Positions 26,929 through 38,024 of a stretch of 64,000 bases of DNA are shown one piece after another. This stretch comes from Candidatus Multivoradales bacterium. GTDB taxonomy: Bacteria > Acidobacteriota > Thermoanaerobaculia > Multivoradales > JAHEKO01. The stretch is taken from positions 3,040,001 to 3,104,000 of the forward strand of contig CBDCXM010000009.1 of the NCBI GenBank assembly GCA_965223855.1, read 5' to 3'. Position numbers and translations under genes: made by a program. Below the pieces are notes generated by a model. That model made no database searches. It saw nothing but the letters and a program-made list of their open reading frames with translations, and was not told where the DNA came from. Numbering within the stretch: the stretch's first letter is position 1; every line of letters begins with the position of its first letter.

Positions 26929-28146
26929 GTGTCGCCAAGCCGTAGATTCACCCTGTTCGCCGTCCTGCTCACTCTCGCTGCCCCCGTCGTCGCGCAGCCG
27001 CCGGGCGACCTCCAGATCGTCAACCTGGGCATCACGCCGAACTCGACGGTGCTGGGCGTTCGCCACGCCGGTGACGGTTCCGGCCGGCTCTTCCTGATCG
27101 AGCGCGACGGGACGATCAGCATCGTCGACGACGGGACACTGCTCCCGACGCCGTTCCTCGACATCGAGTCGGACGTCGACACCTTCTTCGAGGGCGGGCT
27201 CCTCGGCCTCGCCTTCCATCCCGACTATGCGACCAACGGCTACTTCTACGTCCACTACACGCGGGACGGCGCGCCACTGGTGTCGGTGATCGATCGCTTC
27301 ACCGTCTTGCCAGGCAACCCGAACGTGGCCGACCTCGGCAGCCGGGAGGAGATCTTCACCCTCGCGCAGCCGGCGGGCAATCACAACGGCGGCGACCTTC
27401 ACTTCAGCCCGGTCGACGGCTATCTCTACTTCGCCATCGGCGACGGCGGAGCGTCGAGCAGCACCTCGCAGAACCAGAACAACCTGCTCGGCAAGATCAT
27501 GCGGATCGACCCGTGCGACGACCCCGGGTGTGTCATCCCGTACGAGATCCCGGCCGACAATCCGAACGTCGGGCAGCCGGAGCCGGACGAGATCTGGGGG
27601 AGCGGGCTGCGCAACCCGTACCGCTTCAGCTTCGATCGCACGACGGGCGACATCTTCATCGCCGACGTCGGATCGGGTTCGCGCGAAGAGGTCTCGTTCC
27701 AGCCGTTCGACAGCGCAGGCGGGGAGAACTACGGCTGGAACTGCCGCGAGGGGGACATCGCCGGCCCGGGCGGCTGCAGCGGGACTTTCGTCGAGCCGGT
27801 GATGGTCTACACCCATGGCGGCGGCAACTGCTCGATCTCGGGCGGCTATCGCTACCGCGGCTGCATCGCCGGGTTCCAGGGCACCTACGTGTTCGGCGAC
27901 TTCTGCACCGGCAGAGTCTGGTTCGGCACCGAGGACACGCCCGGCAACTGGAGCTTCTCGGAGTGGGACGATCTCTCGGGCAGCGTCTACGGCTTCGGCG
28001 AGGACGAGGACGGCGAGCTCTACATAGCTCGCGGCAGCAGCGTCTACCGCTTCGAGAGCCCGTCGAGTTGCACCCTGCCGACCGAGATCTTCGAAGACGG
28101 CTTCGAGTCGGGCGACACCTCCGCCTGGAGCTCGACCCTGCCCTGA
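26929..28146 (+). CDS. secreted PQQ-dependent sugar dehydrogenase (GSDH family) with C-terminal EIFEDGFESGD motif
   Basis: GLLGLAFHP, NHNGG, GDGG, GLRNP and FGED motifs. Confidence 0.9.
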   Translation: MSPSRRFTLFAVLLTLAAPVVAQPPGDLQIVNLGITPNSTVLGVRHAGDGSGRLFLIERDGTISIVDDGTLLPTPFLDIESDVDTFFEGGLLGLAFHPDYATNGYFYVHYTRDGAPLVSVIDRFTVLPGNPNVADLGSREEIFTLAQPAGNHNGGDLHFSPVDGYLYFAIGDGGASSSTSQNQNNLLGKIMRIDPCDDPGCVIPYEIPADNPNVGQPEPDEIWGSGLRNPYRFSFDRTTGDIFIADVGSGSREEVSFQPFDSAGGENYGWNCREGDIAGPGGCSGTFVEPVMVYTHGGGNCSISGGYRYRGCIAGFQGTYVFGDFCTGRVWFGTEDTPGNWSFSEWDDLSGSVYGFGEDEDGELYIARGSSVYRFESPSSCTLPTEIFEDGFESGDTSAWSSTLP

Positions 28147-28275
28147 CCGCCGGTCGATCGACCTTCTCGACGCCGCCCGAGCTTGCAGCCGGGCGGCGTC
28201 TCTGTTGAAGTTGCAGAAACTTCGATAGATACGGCGCGTCAGTCGGCCCGCTCGACGCGGCGGCAGGAGGCACCC

Positions 28276-29016
28276 ATGATCGAGATTCCGAGCCTGCGGC
28301 CGGAGACCCGCTACGGCATCCCGTCGGCCGACAGGATGCTGTTCAATCGGCAGTACATCCTCGGCTACTCCTACCTCTTCCGGCAGCCACGGTGGGCGCT
28401 GGAGCTCATCGACCCCGAGGCTCAGCGGATGGAGGAGCCCGAGCTGGAACGGCTCGACAACTTCCGCGAGGACCTGCGGGTGCCGGAGAAGTTCCGCGCG
28501 ACGCTCGCCGACTACCGGGGCTCCGGTCTCGACCGCGGGCACCTGATCGCCAGCGCCGACCGGCTGCAGCGGGCGATCGTGAACTCCGAGACGTTCCTGA
28601 TGAGCAACATGACGCCGCAGCATCCGCAGCTCAATCGCAACGGCTGGCGGCGGCTGGAAGAGGCGGTCCGCGAGCTGGCGCGTACCGAAGAGTGGATCGA
28701 GGTGTACGCGATCTGCGGACCGCTCTTCAACATCGGCGACCCGATCGAGGTGATCGGCGACAACCGCGTGGTCGTCCCCGACGCCTACTTCAAGTCCGTG
28801 CTCGCCGAATCGGCGCGAGCCAACTCCAGCCGCAGCCAGCTGGCGCTGTGGACCTTCGTCATGCCCAACGCACCGGCTACCGAGCCTCTCGAGACCTACC
28901 TGCGCGAGACCTCAGCGGTCGAAGCGTGGGCCGGCCTCTCCCTGTGGGATCGACTCCAGGGGACCGAGTTCCAGGCGCAGAAGGACATGGTCAGGGTGAT
29001 GTGGGACGACAGCTGA
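28276..29016 (+). CDS. DNA/RNA non-specific endonuclease (NucA/EndoG family)
   Basis: DRGH active site, TFLMSNMTPQ..LN; GGAGG before ATG 28276; no evident signal peptide. Confidence 0.92.
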   Translation: MIEIPSLRPETRYGIPSADRMLFNRQYILGYSYLFRQPRWALELIDPEAQRMEEPELERLDNFREDLRVPEKFRATLADYRGSGLDRGHLIASADRLQRAIVNSETFLMSNMTPQHPQLNRNGWRRLEEAVRELARTEEWIEVYAICGPLFNIGDPIEVIGDNRVVVPDAYFKSVLAESARANSSRSQLALWTFVMPNAPATEPLETYLRETSAVEAWAGLSLWDRLQGTEFQAQKDMVRVMWDDS

Positions 29017-29064
29017 GGCAGCTCCTGCCAGACCCTTCTTCTCGCGTCGACTCACCCAGCTGTC

Positions 29065-29412
29065 TACTCGTCTGGCACCTGCTCGAGGGCGGGAGAGATG
29101 CCCGCTGGCTACTGGCTCGGTAGCCGATTCTACAGGACCGGCACTATTCACCTGGCACCTGGCGGCGGGCCACCTGGCGGCGGGGCAGGCGCGGTGGATG
29201 CGTCGGTGCGAAGGCCCCCCAAGTACGGCAGAGGCCCGACGCGGTCTGAGCCACCGTTCACCCGGTACCTGGGAAGCGACCATTCACCTGGCACCTGGTC
29301 GAAGGGCGGGAAGTGACCATTCACCTGGCACCTGGTCGAGGGCGGGAGAGAAGCCTGCTGGCTATTGACTCGGCGGCCGGTTCGACAGGAGCACTCTATT
29401 CACCTGGCACCT
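29065..29412. repeat. array of six same-orientation copies of the RAYT-end motif (ACYATTCACCTGGCACCT)
   Basis: Copies near 29065 (degenerate), 29143, 29253, 29279, 29316 and 29395; same motif as 14007-14024. Confidence 0.85.
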
Positions 29413-29971
29413 GATCGAGCCACTTGTACATGACGAGGCAGTCGACGTCGCCTTGGGTGGGGTGGGCGAAGGCGCGGGGGAGGCGGCCGACGACTTCGAA
29501 GCCGAGGCTCTGCCAGAGGCGGATGGCGCCGGTGTTGGTGGCGACGACGGAGTTGAACTGCATCGCCCGGTAGCCGAGGTCGATCGCGACCTGCTGGGAG
29601 TGGCGGCACATCGCGGTCGCCACGCCGCGGCCGCGGGCGGCCGCCGAGACCATGTAGCCGCAATTGCAGACATGGGCGCCCGGCCCCAGGGCGTTGGGCT
29701 TGAGGTAGTAGGTGCCGAGGATCTCGCCCTCGGTGGACTCGCCGACGAAAGTCCGTTGCGGTGCGCGAAGCCACAGTTCCACGGCCTCGCCACGGTCGAG
29801 GTCTCGCGGCAGGGCGTAGGTCTCCCCGGCGCCGACGATCTCGCGGAAGAACGGCCAGATCTGCTCGAAGTCCGCTTCGGTCGCTTCGCGCAGATGAAAG
29901 TCACGCTCAGGGATCGGTGCGCACCTGCGGGGTCGAGCCGACGGTCGAGGCCGAGGCACCGCGTCCGACAC
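29396..29971 (-). CDS. GNAT family N-acetyltransferase (start uncertain)
   Basis: GETYA, HVCNCGYMV, ARGRGVA and QFNSVVATN motifs. Confidence 0.88.
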   Translation of the reverse strand: MSDAVPRPRPSARPRRCAPIPERDFHLREATEADFEQIWPFFREIVGAGETYALPRDLDRGEAVELWLRAPQRTFVGESTEGEILGTYYLKPNALGPGAHVCNCGYMVSAAARGRGVATAMCRHSQQVAIDLGYRAMQFNSVVATNTGAIRLWQSLGFEVVGRLPRAFAHPTQGDVDCLVMYKWLDQVPGE

Positions 29972-32900
29972 GCGCCCAGAGCCGCGTGAAGATCTCTCTC
30001 AGATCGTCGAAGAGGGTGTAGAACACCGGCACCACGAGCAGGGTCAACAGCGTCGCACTCGTCAGCCCGCCAATGAGGGTCAGGCCGAAGCTCCGGTAAC
30101 TGAGTCCGATGCTCGAGGCTCCCTGGATCGTCAGCGGGATCATCCCGGCGATCGTCGTCAGGGCAGTCATCATGATCGGCCGGAAGCGCCGCTCGGCAGC
30201 CAGTGTCACCGCCTGGGCCCGCGGGGTCCCCTCACCGCGAAGCCGGTTGACGTAGTCGATCAGCACGATGCCGTTGTTGACGACGACACCGACCAGGAGG
30301 ATCAGCCCGACGACGCCGAGAAAGTCGATGTCGAGGCCGAAGAACAGGTGCGCCCAGTAGACCCCGAGCCCGGCCAGCGGGATGGTCCACAGGATCGACA
30401 GCGGCAGGATGAAGCTCTCGAAAAGGAAGCCCATCAGGAGGTAGATGAAGACGATCGAGATGACCGCGGCGAAGAGCATGCTCTTGACGTCCTCGTCGAG
30501 CCCGGCCTCGCGGTTGCCGCGCGAGAAGGAGATCCCCTCCGGCAGGTCGATCTGCGACGACAGGGCGATCAGCCGGGCACGGGTCTCTTCTTCCTTGCCC
30601 TCCTCGAGCTCCAGGGTCACGTTGCGCGAGGTCTTCTTGTTGTTGCGCGCGATCGATGCCGCGGAGGCGAGGAAGCGCGGCTCGGTGAGAGACGACAACG
30701 GCACGGTGGCCCCGTGCTCTCCCGCGGGCACTTCGAAGTCGGCGATTTCGTCGAGCGAGTCGCGGTCCTCTTCGCGGAAGCGCACCGTCACCGGGATCTC
30801 CTTACCCTCGTACCGATAGCGGCGCAGCGACTGACCGCGCAACGCGTAGCCGACGATGGTCGAGACGATCGTCGGGTTGATCCCCTGCGACTGCGCCCGA
30901 TCCCGATCGACGACCAGGGCGAGTTCGCTCGGCGACTGATCGTCGACCTTCTGCACCCCGAGCACCCCTTCGACCGAGGTGAAGAGTTCCTCGAGGTCGT
31001 CCGCCACCGCCTCGAGCGCGTCGGAATCCTCGCCCTCGAGCACGAAGGCGTGGAGATTCTGGGTCTTCTTGTCGTCCGTCTGATCGTCGTTGCCGGTATA
31101 GACCGTCACCCCGGCCTTCTCGGGCAGCGCTTCCTTGACCCGGGTCGTCGCCTCGCGCGGGCTCACCTTGTTGGTGCGGGGGTTCTTGAACCACCCCTGG
31201 AACTCGCCGAAGGTTGCGCGGTGGAAGAGGAACCAGCCGTCGAGATCGAGCTCCTCGGCCAGCCCTTCGATCACCTTCTCGCCGGCGAGGAAATACTCCT
31301 CGGCCTCCTGGAGCGTGGTGTTGTTCGGCATCTGCACGCTCAGGAAGAAGCCCCCTCGGTCCTCCTCCTGGGCATCGACGATCTTGACCTTCTGACACGC
31401 CGTCGCCAGGGTCAGCACCGTCACCAGCATCAGGCCGACCACCAGATCGAAACGGCGTCGGAGGAAGAAGCCCAGGAGCGCAACGTAGCGGCTGTTCAGC
31501 CAGCCGAAGGTGCCGTCGTACCCCTTCTTGAGCGCCGCGGAGACGGGATGCGGCTTCTCCTCGTCGTGGTCTTCCTCCTTCGGCAGGCTGAGGTAGACGC
31601 TCAACGGGATGAAGATGAGCGCCACCAGCAGCGACCCCAGCAGCGCCACCGAGATCGGGATCGACAACCGCAGCAGGAAGAACTGCCCCATGCCGTCGAC
31701 CAGCGACACCGGCAGGAAGACGATGATCGTGGTCAGGGTCGCCATGACGATCGCCAGCGCGATCTCGCCGGCACCACGGATGCAGGCCTGCCGGCGGTCG
31801 AGCCCGTCGCGATGGAAGCGAAAGATGTTCTCAGCCACCACCACCGAGTTGTCGACCAGCAGGCCGACCGAGATCATCAACGCCAGCAGGGTGAGGATGT
31901 TGAGCGACTCGCCGACGAAGTACATGACGGTCAGCGCGATGAGGATCGACAGCGGGATCGACAGCGTCACGATGACCGTCATGCGGAACCGGCGCAGGAA
32001 GAAGAACAGCACCATCAGCGCGATGATCCCGCCGACCCTGCCGGAAGCGAGAAGCGTCGCCAGCGACTCCTTGATCACGTCGCCCTGGTCCCACAGCTCG
32101 GTGACGTCGATCACGTTGAGCCGGGGGTTGGCCTCGAGCTGCTCGACCACCTCGTTGACCCGCGCCGCTACGTCCAGGGTGTTGGCATCCCCCTCCTTGA
32201 CGACGGCAATCGCCACCGCCGGTCGACTCATGGCGCGAACCCTGAACTTCTGCTCGGGCAGCGCGTAGCGCACCGTGGCGATGTCCCTGAGGCGAGCGGT
32301 GTCGCTGACCAGCCGGTTCTCGAGCTCCTCGACCGAACCGTAGCGCGCCATCGAGCGCAGCGTCAGCTTGCGGCTGCCGTCGAGGACGTGCCCCGACGAC
32401 ATCGTGAAGTTGTCGGTGCCGAGCTCCTGCGCCAGCTCGAAGATGTTGAGCCCCGCGGCCGCCGTCTTGTCGCGGTCGAGCTCGATCAGGATTTCCTTCT
32501 CGAGCAGTCCCTGCGGGTCGACCGAGGCGACGCCGTCGATCCGCGACAGCGGCAGCACGACCTCGTCCTGCACGAGGTTGTAGACGTCGATCACCGCCGG
32601 GTCGATCGCCAGCCCGAGGAAGTAGATCGGGATGCCGGCAGCATCGTGTTTCTGCAGGAAGACCTGCTCGATGTCCTCCGGCATCCGTGCGCGGGCGCGC
32701 TCGACCCGGTCACGGACCTCGCGGTAGGCGACGTCCATGTCGACGCCGTGCTTGAAGGTGAGCCACACCTGACCACGGCCGGTTCGGGCATGCGAGAAGA
32801 CGTTGTCGATGCCGTTGACCGTCGAAAGCTCCTCTTCGAGCGGCCTCACGACCTTGTCGAGCGTCTCCTCGGCCGGAGCGTCGCGCCACGGCACGATGAT

Positions 32901-33059
32901 GCCGAGCTCCGGCGCCTCGAAGCCCGACGGGAAGAGCTCGAGCGGAATGCCGACGGTCGCCACCGTGCCGAGCACGAGCATGGTGACGAGAGTCACCAGG
33001 ACGGTGATCCGCCGATGCAGGGAGAAGCGGGGGAGCCGGTCTTCCAGTCGCGACTTCAT
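29907..33059 (-). CDS. RND efflux transporter permease (AcrB family)
   Basis: GLLVDNSVVVAENI, GVVVNNGIVL and RFRPIMMT motifs; ATG overlaps the upstream stop. Confidence 0.92.
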   Translation of the reverse strand: MKSRLEDRLPRFSLHRRITVLVTLVTMLVLGTVATVGIPLELFPSGFEAPELGIIVPWRDAPAEETLDKVVRPLEEELSTVNGIDNVFSHARTGRGQVWLTFKHGVDMDVAYREVRDRVERARARMPEDIEQVFLQKHDAAGIPIYFLGLAIDPAVIDVYNLVQDEVVLPLSRIDGVASVDPQGLLEKEILIELDRDKTAAAGLNIFELAQELGTDNFTMSSGHVLDGSRKLTLRSMARYGSVEELENRLVSDTARLRDIATVRYALPEQKFRVRAMSRPAVAIAVVKEGDANTLDVAARVNEVVEQLEANPRLNVIDVTELWDQGDVIKESLATLLASGRVGGIIALMVLFFFLRRFRMTVIVTLSIPLSILIALTVMYFVGESLNILTLLALMISVGLLVDNSVVVAENIFRFHRDGLDRRQACIRGAGEIALAIVMATLTTIIVFLPVSLVDGMGQFFLLRLSIPISVALLGSLLVALIFIPLSVYLSLPKEEDHDEEKPHPVSAALKKGYDGTFGWLNSRYVALLGFFLRRRFDLVVGLMLVTVLTLATACQKVKIVDAQEEDRGGFFLSVQMPNNTTLQEAEEYFLAGEKVIEGLAEELDLDGWFLFHRATFGEFQGWFKNPRTNKVSPREATTRVKEALPEKAGVTVYTGNDDQTDDKKTQNLHAFVLEGEDSDALEAVADDLEELFTSVEGVLGVQKVDDQSPSELALVVDRDRAQSQGINPTIVSTIVGYALRGQSLRRYRYEGKEIPVTVRFREEDRDSLDEIADFEVPAGEHGATVPLSSLTEPRFLASAASIARNNKKTSRNVTLELEEGKEEETRARLIALSSQIDLPEGISFSRGNREAGLDEDVKSMLFAAVISIVFIYLLMGFLFESFILPLSILWTIPLAGLGVYWAHLFFGLDIDFLGVVGLILLVGVVVNNGIVLIDYVNRLRGEGTPRAQAVTLAAERRFRPIMMTALTTIAGMIPLTIQGASSIGLSYRSFGLTLIGGLTSATLLTLLVVPVFYTLFDDLREIFTRLWARVGRGASASTVGSTPQVRTDP

Positions 33060-36000
33060 GGCGTGTCTCCGAGAAGGGGTTGGCCGCTGCCTCCGGTCGG
33101 GGCTTCCGGGGAGCCGTCGGCGAGGTCGGAATCCGCGAAGGAGCGTTCGCGCCCGGTCAGCCGATAGCGGGTGCGCTCCAGCAGCGAGTAGAGCACCGGG
33201 ATGGCGAAGAGCGTCAGCAGGGTGGAGACCACAAGGCCGCTGATCACGGCGATCGCCATCGGCGTCCGCAGCTCCGCACCGTCGCCGAGCCCGAGCGCCA
33301 TCGGCAGCAGCCCGAGGGTCGTCGTCGCCGTCGTCATCAGGATCGGCCGCAGACGGGCGCTCCCCGCTGCCTCGAGCGCCTGCAGGTAGTCGAGCCCGCG
33401 GCGGCGCAGCGTGTTGACGTAGTCGACCAGCACGATGGCGTTGTTCACCACGATGCCGGCGAGCATGATCATGCCGAGGAAGACGACGATCGAGAGGGTG
33501 ATCCCCAGGAGCTTCAGCGTCAGCACGGTGCCGAGAAAGGCGAGCGGGATGGAGAAGAGGATCACCAGCGGGTGGAGCAGCGACTCGAACTGCGCCGCCA
33601 TGATCACGTAGACGAGGAAGATCGACAGCGCCATGACGAGCCACAGGCTGTTCTTGCTGCGCTCCCACTCCTCGTTCTGACCGGCGATGTAGAAGGTGGT
33701 CCCCGACGGCCAGGTCATCCGGTCGAGTCGCCCGCGGATCGCCGTCACGGCACCGCCCATCGAGCCCTCGGCGATGTTGGCGGTGACGAGCGCCACCCGC
33801 CGGCCGTCGACGCGGCGCACCTCACTCGGACCCTCCCCGAGCTCGACGCGGGCGACCGCCTCGAGCGGGATCGGCCGCTCCCCGCCGGGATTGACGATCA
33901 GGTCGCGGACGTCGTCGACCGTCTCGCGATCGGACTCCATCAACCTCGCGACGATCGGGATCCGCCGATCTTCGAGATTGAAGCGCGTCGCCTCGAAGCC
34001 CTGCACCTTGTCGCGGACCAGCCGCGCCACCACGTTGGGGTTGAGGCCGTAGCGCGCCAGCAGGTCGCGGTCGTAGACCACCTGGACCTCGGGGGCGCCG
34101 CGACGCAGCGTCGTCTCGACGTCGGCGAGCTCGGGCATCGCCCCCATCGCGCTCGACACCACCTCGGCCTGGCGGCGCAGCTCGACGAGGTCCTCGCCGT
34201 GCACCTCGACCTCGATCGGAGCCTTGAAGCTGAAGAGCACCGGCCTCACCACCTGGGCGTCGAGGTCGGGGATCTCCTCGAAGCGCCGCCGCAGACGCGC
34301 CACGACGGCGTCCTCGATGCGCGGGTCGGCGCGGTCGAGCAGCACCTTGAAACGTGCGGTGTGCTCTCCCTCGTCGGAGCGGTTGGAGTTCGCGGCGTCA
34401 TAGCCCACCGTGAGGAGCAGCGAGTCGATGTGCTCGCGTTCCTCGAGGATCGCTCTCTCGACCGGCGCGACCGTCGCCTCGGTCTCCTCCAGCGGGGTGC
34501 CGACCGGGAGGGTCACCTCAACGGTGAACTCGCCCTGCCTCACTTCCGGCAGCAGCTCGGTGTCGAGAGTGACGAGCACTCCGGCCGTCAGGGTGAAGGA
34601 GAGCGCGACGATCAGGATGACGAGTCCCGGACTGGCGAGAGCGCGACGAAGCGCCGGTGGGTAGGCCCGCTGGACCGCGCCCAGGAACACCTCCGCTCCT
34701 CGGAGCGGCCACTTCATCAGCACCGAGAACACCCGGGTGAGGGCGGGCCGCAGCAGCTTCCGCCAGCTGAAGAGGACTCCGGCGACGACCAGCAGGATCA
34801 GCTTGCCGAGCGTCTCCAGCACCAGCGCGAGGACGCCGCGCAGCGCCAGATACAGCCACAGCGGCAGCAGGGCGACCCTCTTCACCCAGGAGCTTCGGCT
34901 CCAGGCAGATCGGAAATCGTCGAGCACCGCTCGGAGGAGCGGGAAGCGCTTCCAGTTTCGGGAAACCGGCTGGCCGCCGACGTCCGAGAACGGATCGCCC
35001 TTGCGGCTCGCCAGCATCGGAATGAGGAAGAGAGCGACGACCAGTGCCGCCAGGAGTGACATGACGACCGCAAAGCCGAGATCGCCGAACGCCTGCCCGG
35101 CGACCCCTTCGACGAACACCATGGGGAAAGAACACCGCGATGGTGGTCAGGGTCGAGGCGATCACCGCGCCCCGCACCTCCGAGGTGCCTCTGACGGCCG
35201 CTGCATCGACGCTGTCCCCCTCCTCGCGGCAGCGGAAGATCGACTCGAGGACGACGATCGACGAGTCGACCAGCATGCCGATACCGAGAGCGAGACCGCC
35301 CAGGGACATCACGTTGAGGGTCACGCCGAGCAGATTGAGTGGCGCGAAGGTCACCATCAGCGACACCGGAATCGACACGCCGACGATCAGCGTCGTCCGC
35401 AGGTCGCGGAGGAAGAGGAACAGCACGACGATCGCCAGCAGGCCACCGAGGACCGCCGTCTGGATGACTTCGCTGATGCTGCTCTCGATGAAGAGAGACC
35501 GGTCGGCCGCGATCGTCAGCTCGACCTCCTCCTCGCGAAACAGCCGCGCCACGAGACCCTCCGGCTCGCCCCCGCCTGCGGCACCCCGACCTGGGGCGCC
35601 CGCCTGAGGCTTCTTCTCCTCTGGCTGGTCAGGATCGAACTCGCCCAGCTCGTCCCGGACCCGCTTGGCCAGGGCGACGATGTTGGCGTCGGCCTCCTTG
35701 AAGAGGTCGATCTGGACGCTCTCGCTCGAGTCGGTGCGGGTGAGGATCTGGCGCTCCTTGTGGCCACGCCGGACCTCGCCGAGGTCGCGGATCCGGACCT
35801 CGCGCCCTTCGAACGAGGCGACGACGGTGTCGCCGATCTGCTCGAGGTTCTCGTACTCGTTGAGCGTGCGGACCATGTACTCGGTCCGCCCCTCGGTGAG
35901 CGTGCCGCCGGCGAGGTTGATGTTCTCCTGGGCGAGGCGGTCGATCACCTGCTGGATCGAGACCCCGGTGCGCCGCAGTTGCTCCTCGTCGAGCAGGACG

Positions 36001-36683
36001 TGGATCTCCTCCTCGAGACCGCCGCGGACTCTCACCGCGGCGACTCCCTTGATCGGCTCGAGAGCCCTCTTGATCTGCAGATCGGCCAGCCGGCGAAGGC
36101 GGCGGAGCCCTTCTTCGCCCTCGAAGCGCTCGCCGCGACCCGACAGCGACAATTCCATCACCGGGTCGAGCGACGGGTCGAAGCGCAGGATGAGAGGCCG
36201 CTCCGCCTCTTCGGGCAACAGGATCAGGTCGAGCTTCTCGAGCGAGTCCTGAATCGCATCCGCCATCGGCGTGTCCCAGGTGAACTCGAGGATCACGTCG
36301 CTGACTCCGGCACGGGAGACGCTCGAGATCCGGCGCAGACCGCCGACGACGCCGAGCGCCTCCTCGACCGGGCGGCTGACGTCGTTCTCCACTTCTTCGG
36401 GCGCCGCTCCGGGGTACTCCGTCCTCACCGTCAGGGTGGGGTAGGAGAGCTCCGGCATCAGCGTCACCGGAAGGCGGCCGTAGGAGAAGAAGCCGAAGAC
36501 GACCGCGGCGACGAACACCATGGTGATCGCCACCGGGCGGCTGGTCATGAAGCTGGCCGCTGCCCCCAGTGGCCCCGGTGACGCCGGCGCTTCGGCCGGA
36601 ACCGTCTCCCGCTCTACCGCGTCGTGCTTCTCGTCGTTTCCTTCCGAGGCCGGCTTCGACGCCTCGGAGCGCTCTTCGCTCAA
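33056..36683 (-). CDS. RND efflux transporter permease, split by a 1-bp frameshift near 35123-35126
   Basis: N-half (GMLVDSSIVVLESI...AVFFP) and C-half (MVFVEG...RLRPILMT) join if one G is removed from a GGGG run. Confidence 0.85.
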
Positions 36684-37831
36684 GTGGACTCTCCCACAAT
36701 CCTGACCGGTGCCTGATTCTTGAGCCCGGCCTGGCCCGCGACGACGATCCGGTCTCCCGCCTCGACGACGCCGGCGGGCTCGATGTTCTGCCGGTCTTCG
36801 AGCGCTGCGGTGATCTGAAGCCGCTCGACCGCCCATTCGACGTCGTCCTCACCTTCGACGAGACGGAAGACGTAGATCTGATCGTCGTCGTAGACGAGCG
36901 CCTTCTTCGGCAGCAGGACCGCGTCCTCGCGCACCGCCGTCACCAGCTCGACCGAGACGTACATTCCCGGCAACAGCTCCTGGCTACGAGGGATGGCCAC
37001 CGTCACCTTGACCGTGCCGGTCCGCGAGTCGACCACCGGAGCGATGCGCTCGACCGCTCCCTCGCGCCGGTCGTCACCGAAGGCGTCGGCGAAGAGGTTC
37101 GCCTGCTGACCGACCTCGAGCCGCGGCAGCACCTTTTCGGGCACGTAGATGCGCGCGACGATCGAGTCGAAATCGACGAGGTCGAAGAGGTGCTGGTTGA
37201 CGGTGACCTGGTCGCCGACGTTGACCAGCCTCCGGGTCACGGTGCCGGTGATCGGAGCTCTCACCTGGGTGTAGGAGAGCTCGCGCTGAGCATCGGCGAG
37301 AGAGAGCTCGAGCTGCTCGAGCTCGTAGGTCGCCTCGTTGAACACCTGCTCGCTGATCAACTGCTGCCCGTAGAGCCGCTCCTGACGCTCGTACTCGCGG
37401 CGCGCCTTGGCGAGCTGGCTCTGGACCCGCGAGAGCTGGGTCCGCTGCTGGTCGTCTTCCAACTCGAGCAGCACCGTCCCCTTGCGCACGTCGTCCCCTT
37501 CCTCGACCAGCAGGCGCTTCACCAGCCGCGCCGCCTGCGAGAAGACCTGCACCTCGCTCTCCGCCTCTAGATTGGTGGAGAAGCGAAGGACCTCGGCAAT
37601 CCGGCCGCGTCCGATCTGTGCCACCTCGACCGGCACCCGGTCGTCGGCCTCTTCCTCTTCGCCTTCGGCCTTGTCCCGCCCTCGACGCGAGGAGTCCTTC
37701 GTCTCCTCGCTCGACTCGGCCGTCTCGTCTCCCGCCGGAGCCTCACTGTCGGCGGACGAGCAGCCCGCCCCCACGGCGATCACCAACATCATCACGGACC
37801 CGAGGGCCCATCGCTGCCATCCACGCGTCAT
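36680..37831 (-). CDS. RND periplasmic adaptor (membrane fusion) lipoprotein
   Basis: Lipobox AGC; VEEGDDVRKG, RAPITG and LLPGMYV motifs. Confidence 0.92.
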   Translation of the reverse strand: MTRGWQRWALGSVMMLVIAVGAGCSSADSEAPAGDETAESSEETKDSSRRGRDKAEGEEEEADDRVPVEVAQIGRGRIAEVLRFSTNLEAESEVQVFSQAARLVKRLLVEEGDDVRKGTVLLELEDDQQRTQLSRVQSQLAKARREYERQERLYGQQLISEQVFNEATYELEQLELSLADAQRELSYTQVRAPITGTVTRRLVNVGDQVTVNQHLFDLVDFDSIVARIYVPEKVLPRLEVGQQANLFADAFGDDRREGAVERIAPVVDSRTGTVKVTVAIPRSQELLPGMYVSVELVTAVREDAVLLPKKALVYDDDQIYVFRLVEGEDDVEWAVERLQITAALEDRQNIEPAGVVEAGDRIVVAGQAGLKNQAPVRIVGEST

Positions 37832-38024
37832 CTGCGTCTCCAAACGGGGTAGAGGAAGGCCGACCGCTCGATCCGAGTCCGCCCTCCATTCGATCTCCGG
37901 TGAACACCCTCACTAGAACCCTACGCTGGGCCGAGCGGGTTGTTTCTTACCGGCTTGTGAACCGAGTCTACAATCAGCGCATGGTTCGACCCACGTCGGC
38001 GACGCGACCCGAGCGAGTCTCGCG

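Noticed and set aside
29060-29412. CRISPR array
   Set aside because: Repeats are only about 18 bp, spacers range from 8 to 92 bp with two homologous to each other, and there are no cas genes; it matches the RAYT-end motif instead.
28276-29971. Nuclease-GNAT toxin-antitoxin or defence pair
   Set aside because: The genes are convergent, the GNAT follows the RND operon, and no antitoxin-like partner is visible.
30348-36581. Very long plus-strand ORFs (939, 659 and 614 aa)
   Set aside because: They are antisense shadows of the RND genes, expected in high-GC DNA; the same applies to the shadows over cysS, the TonB receptor, dnaB and priA.
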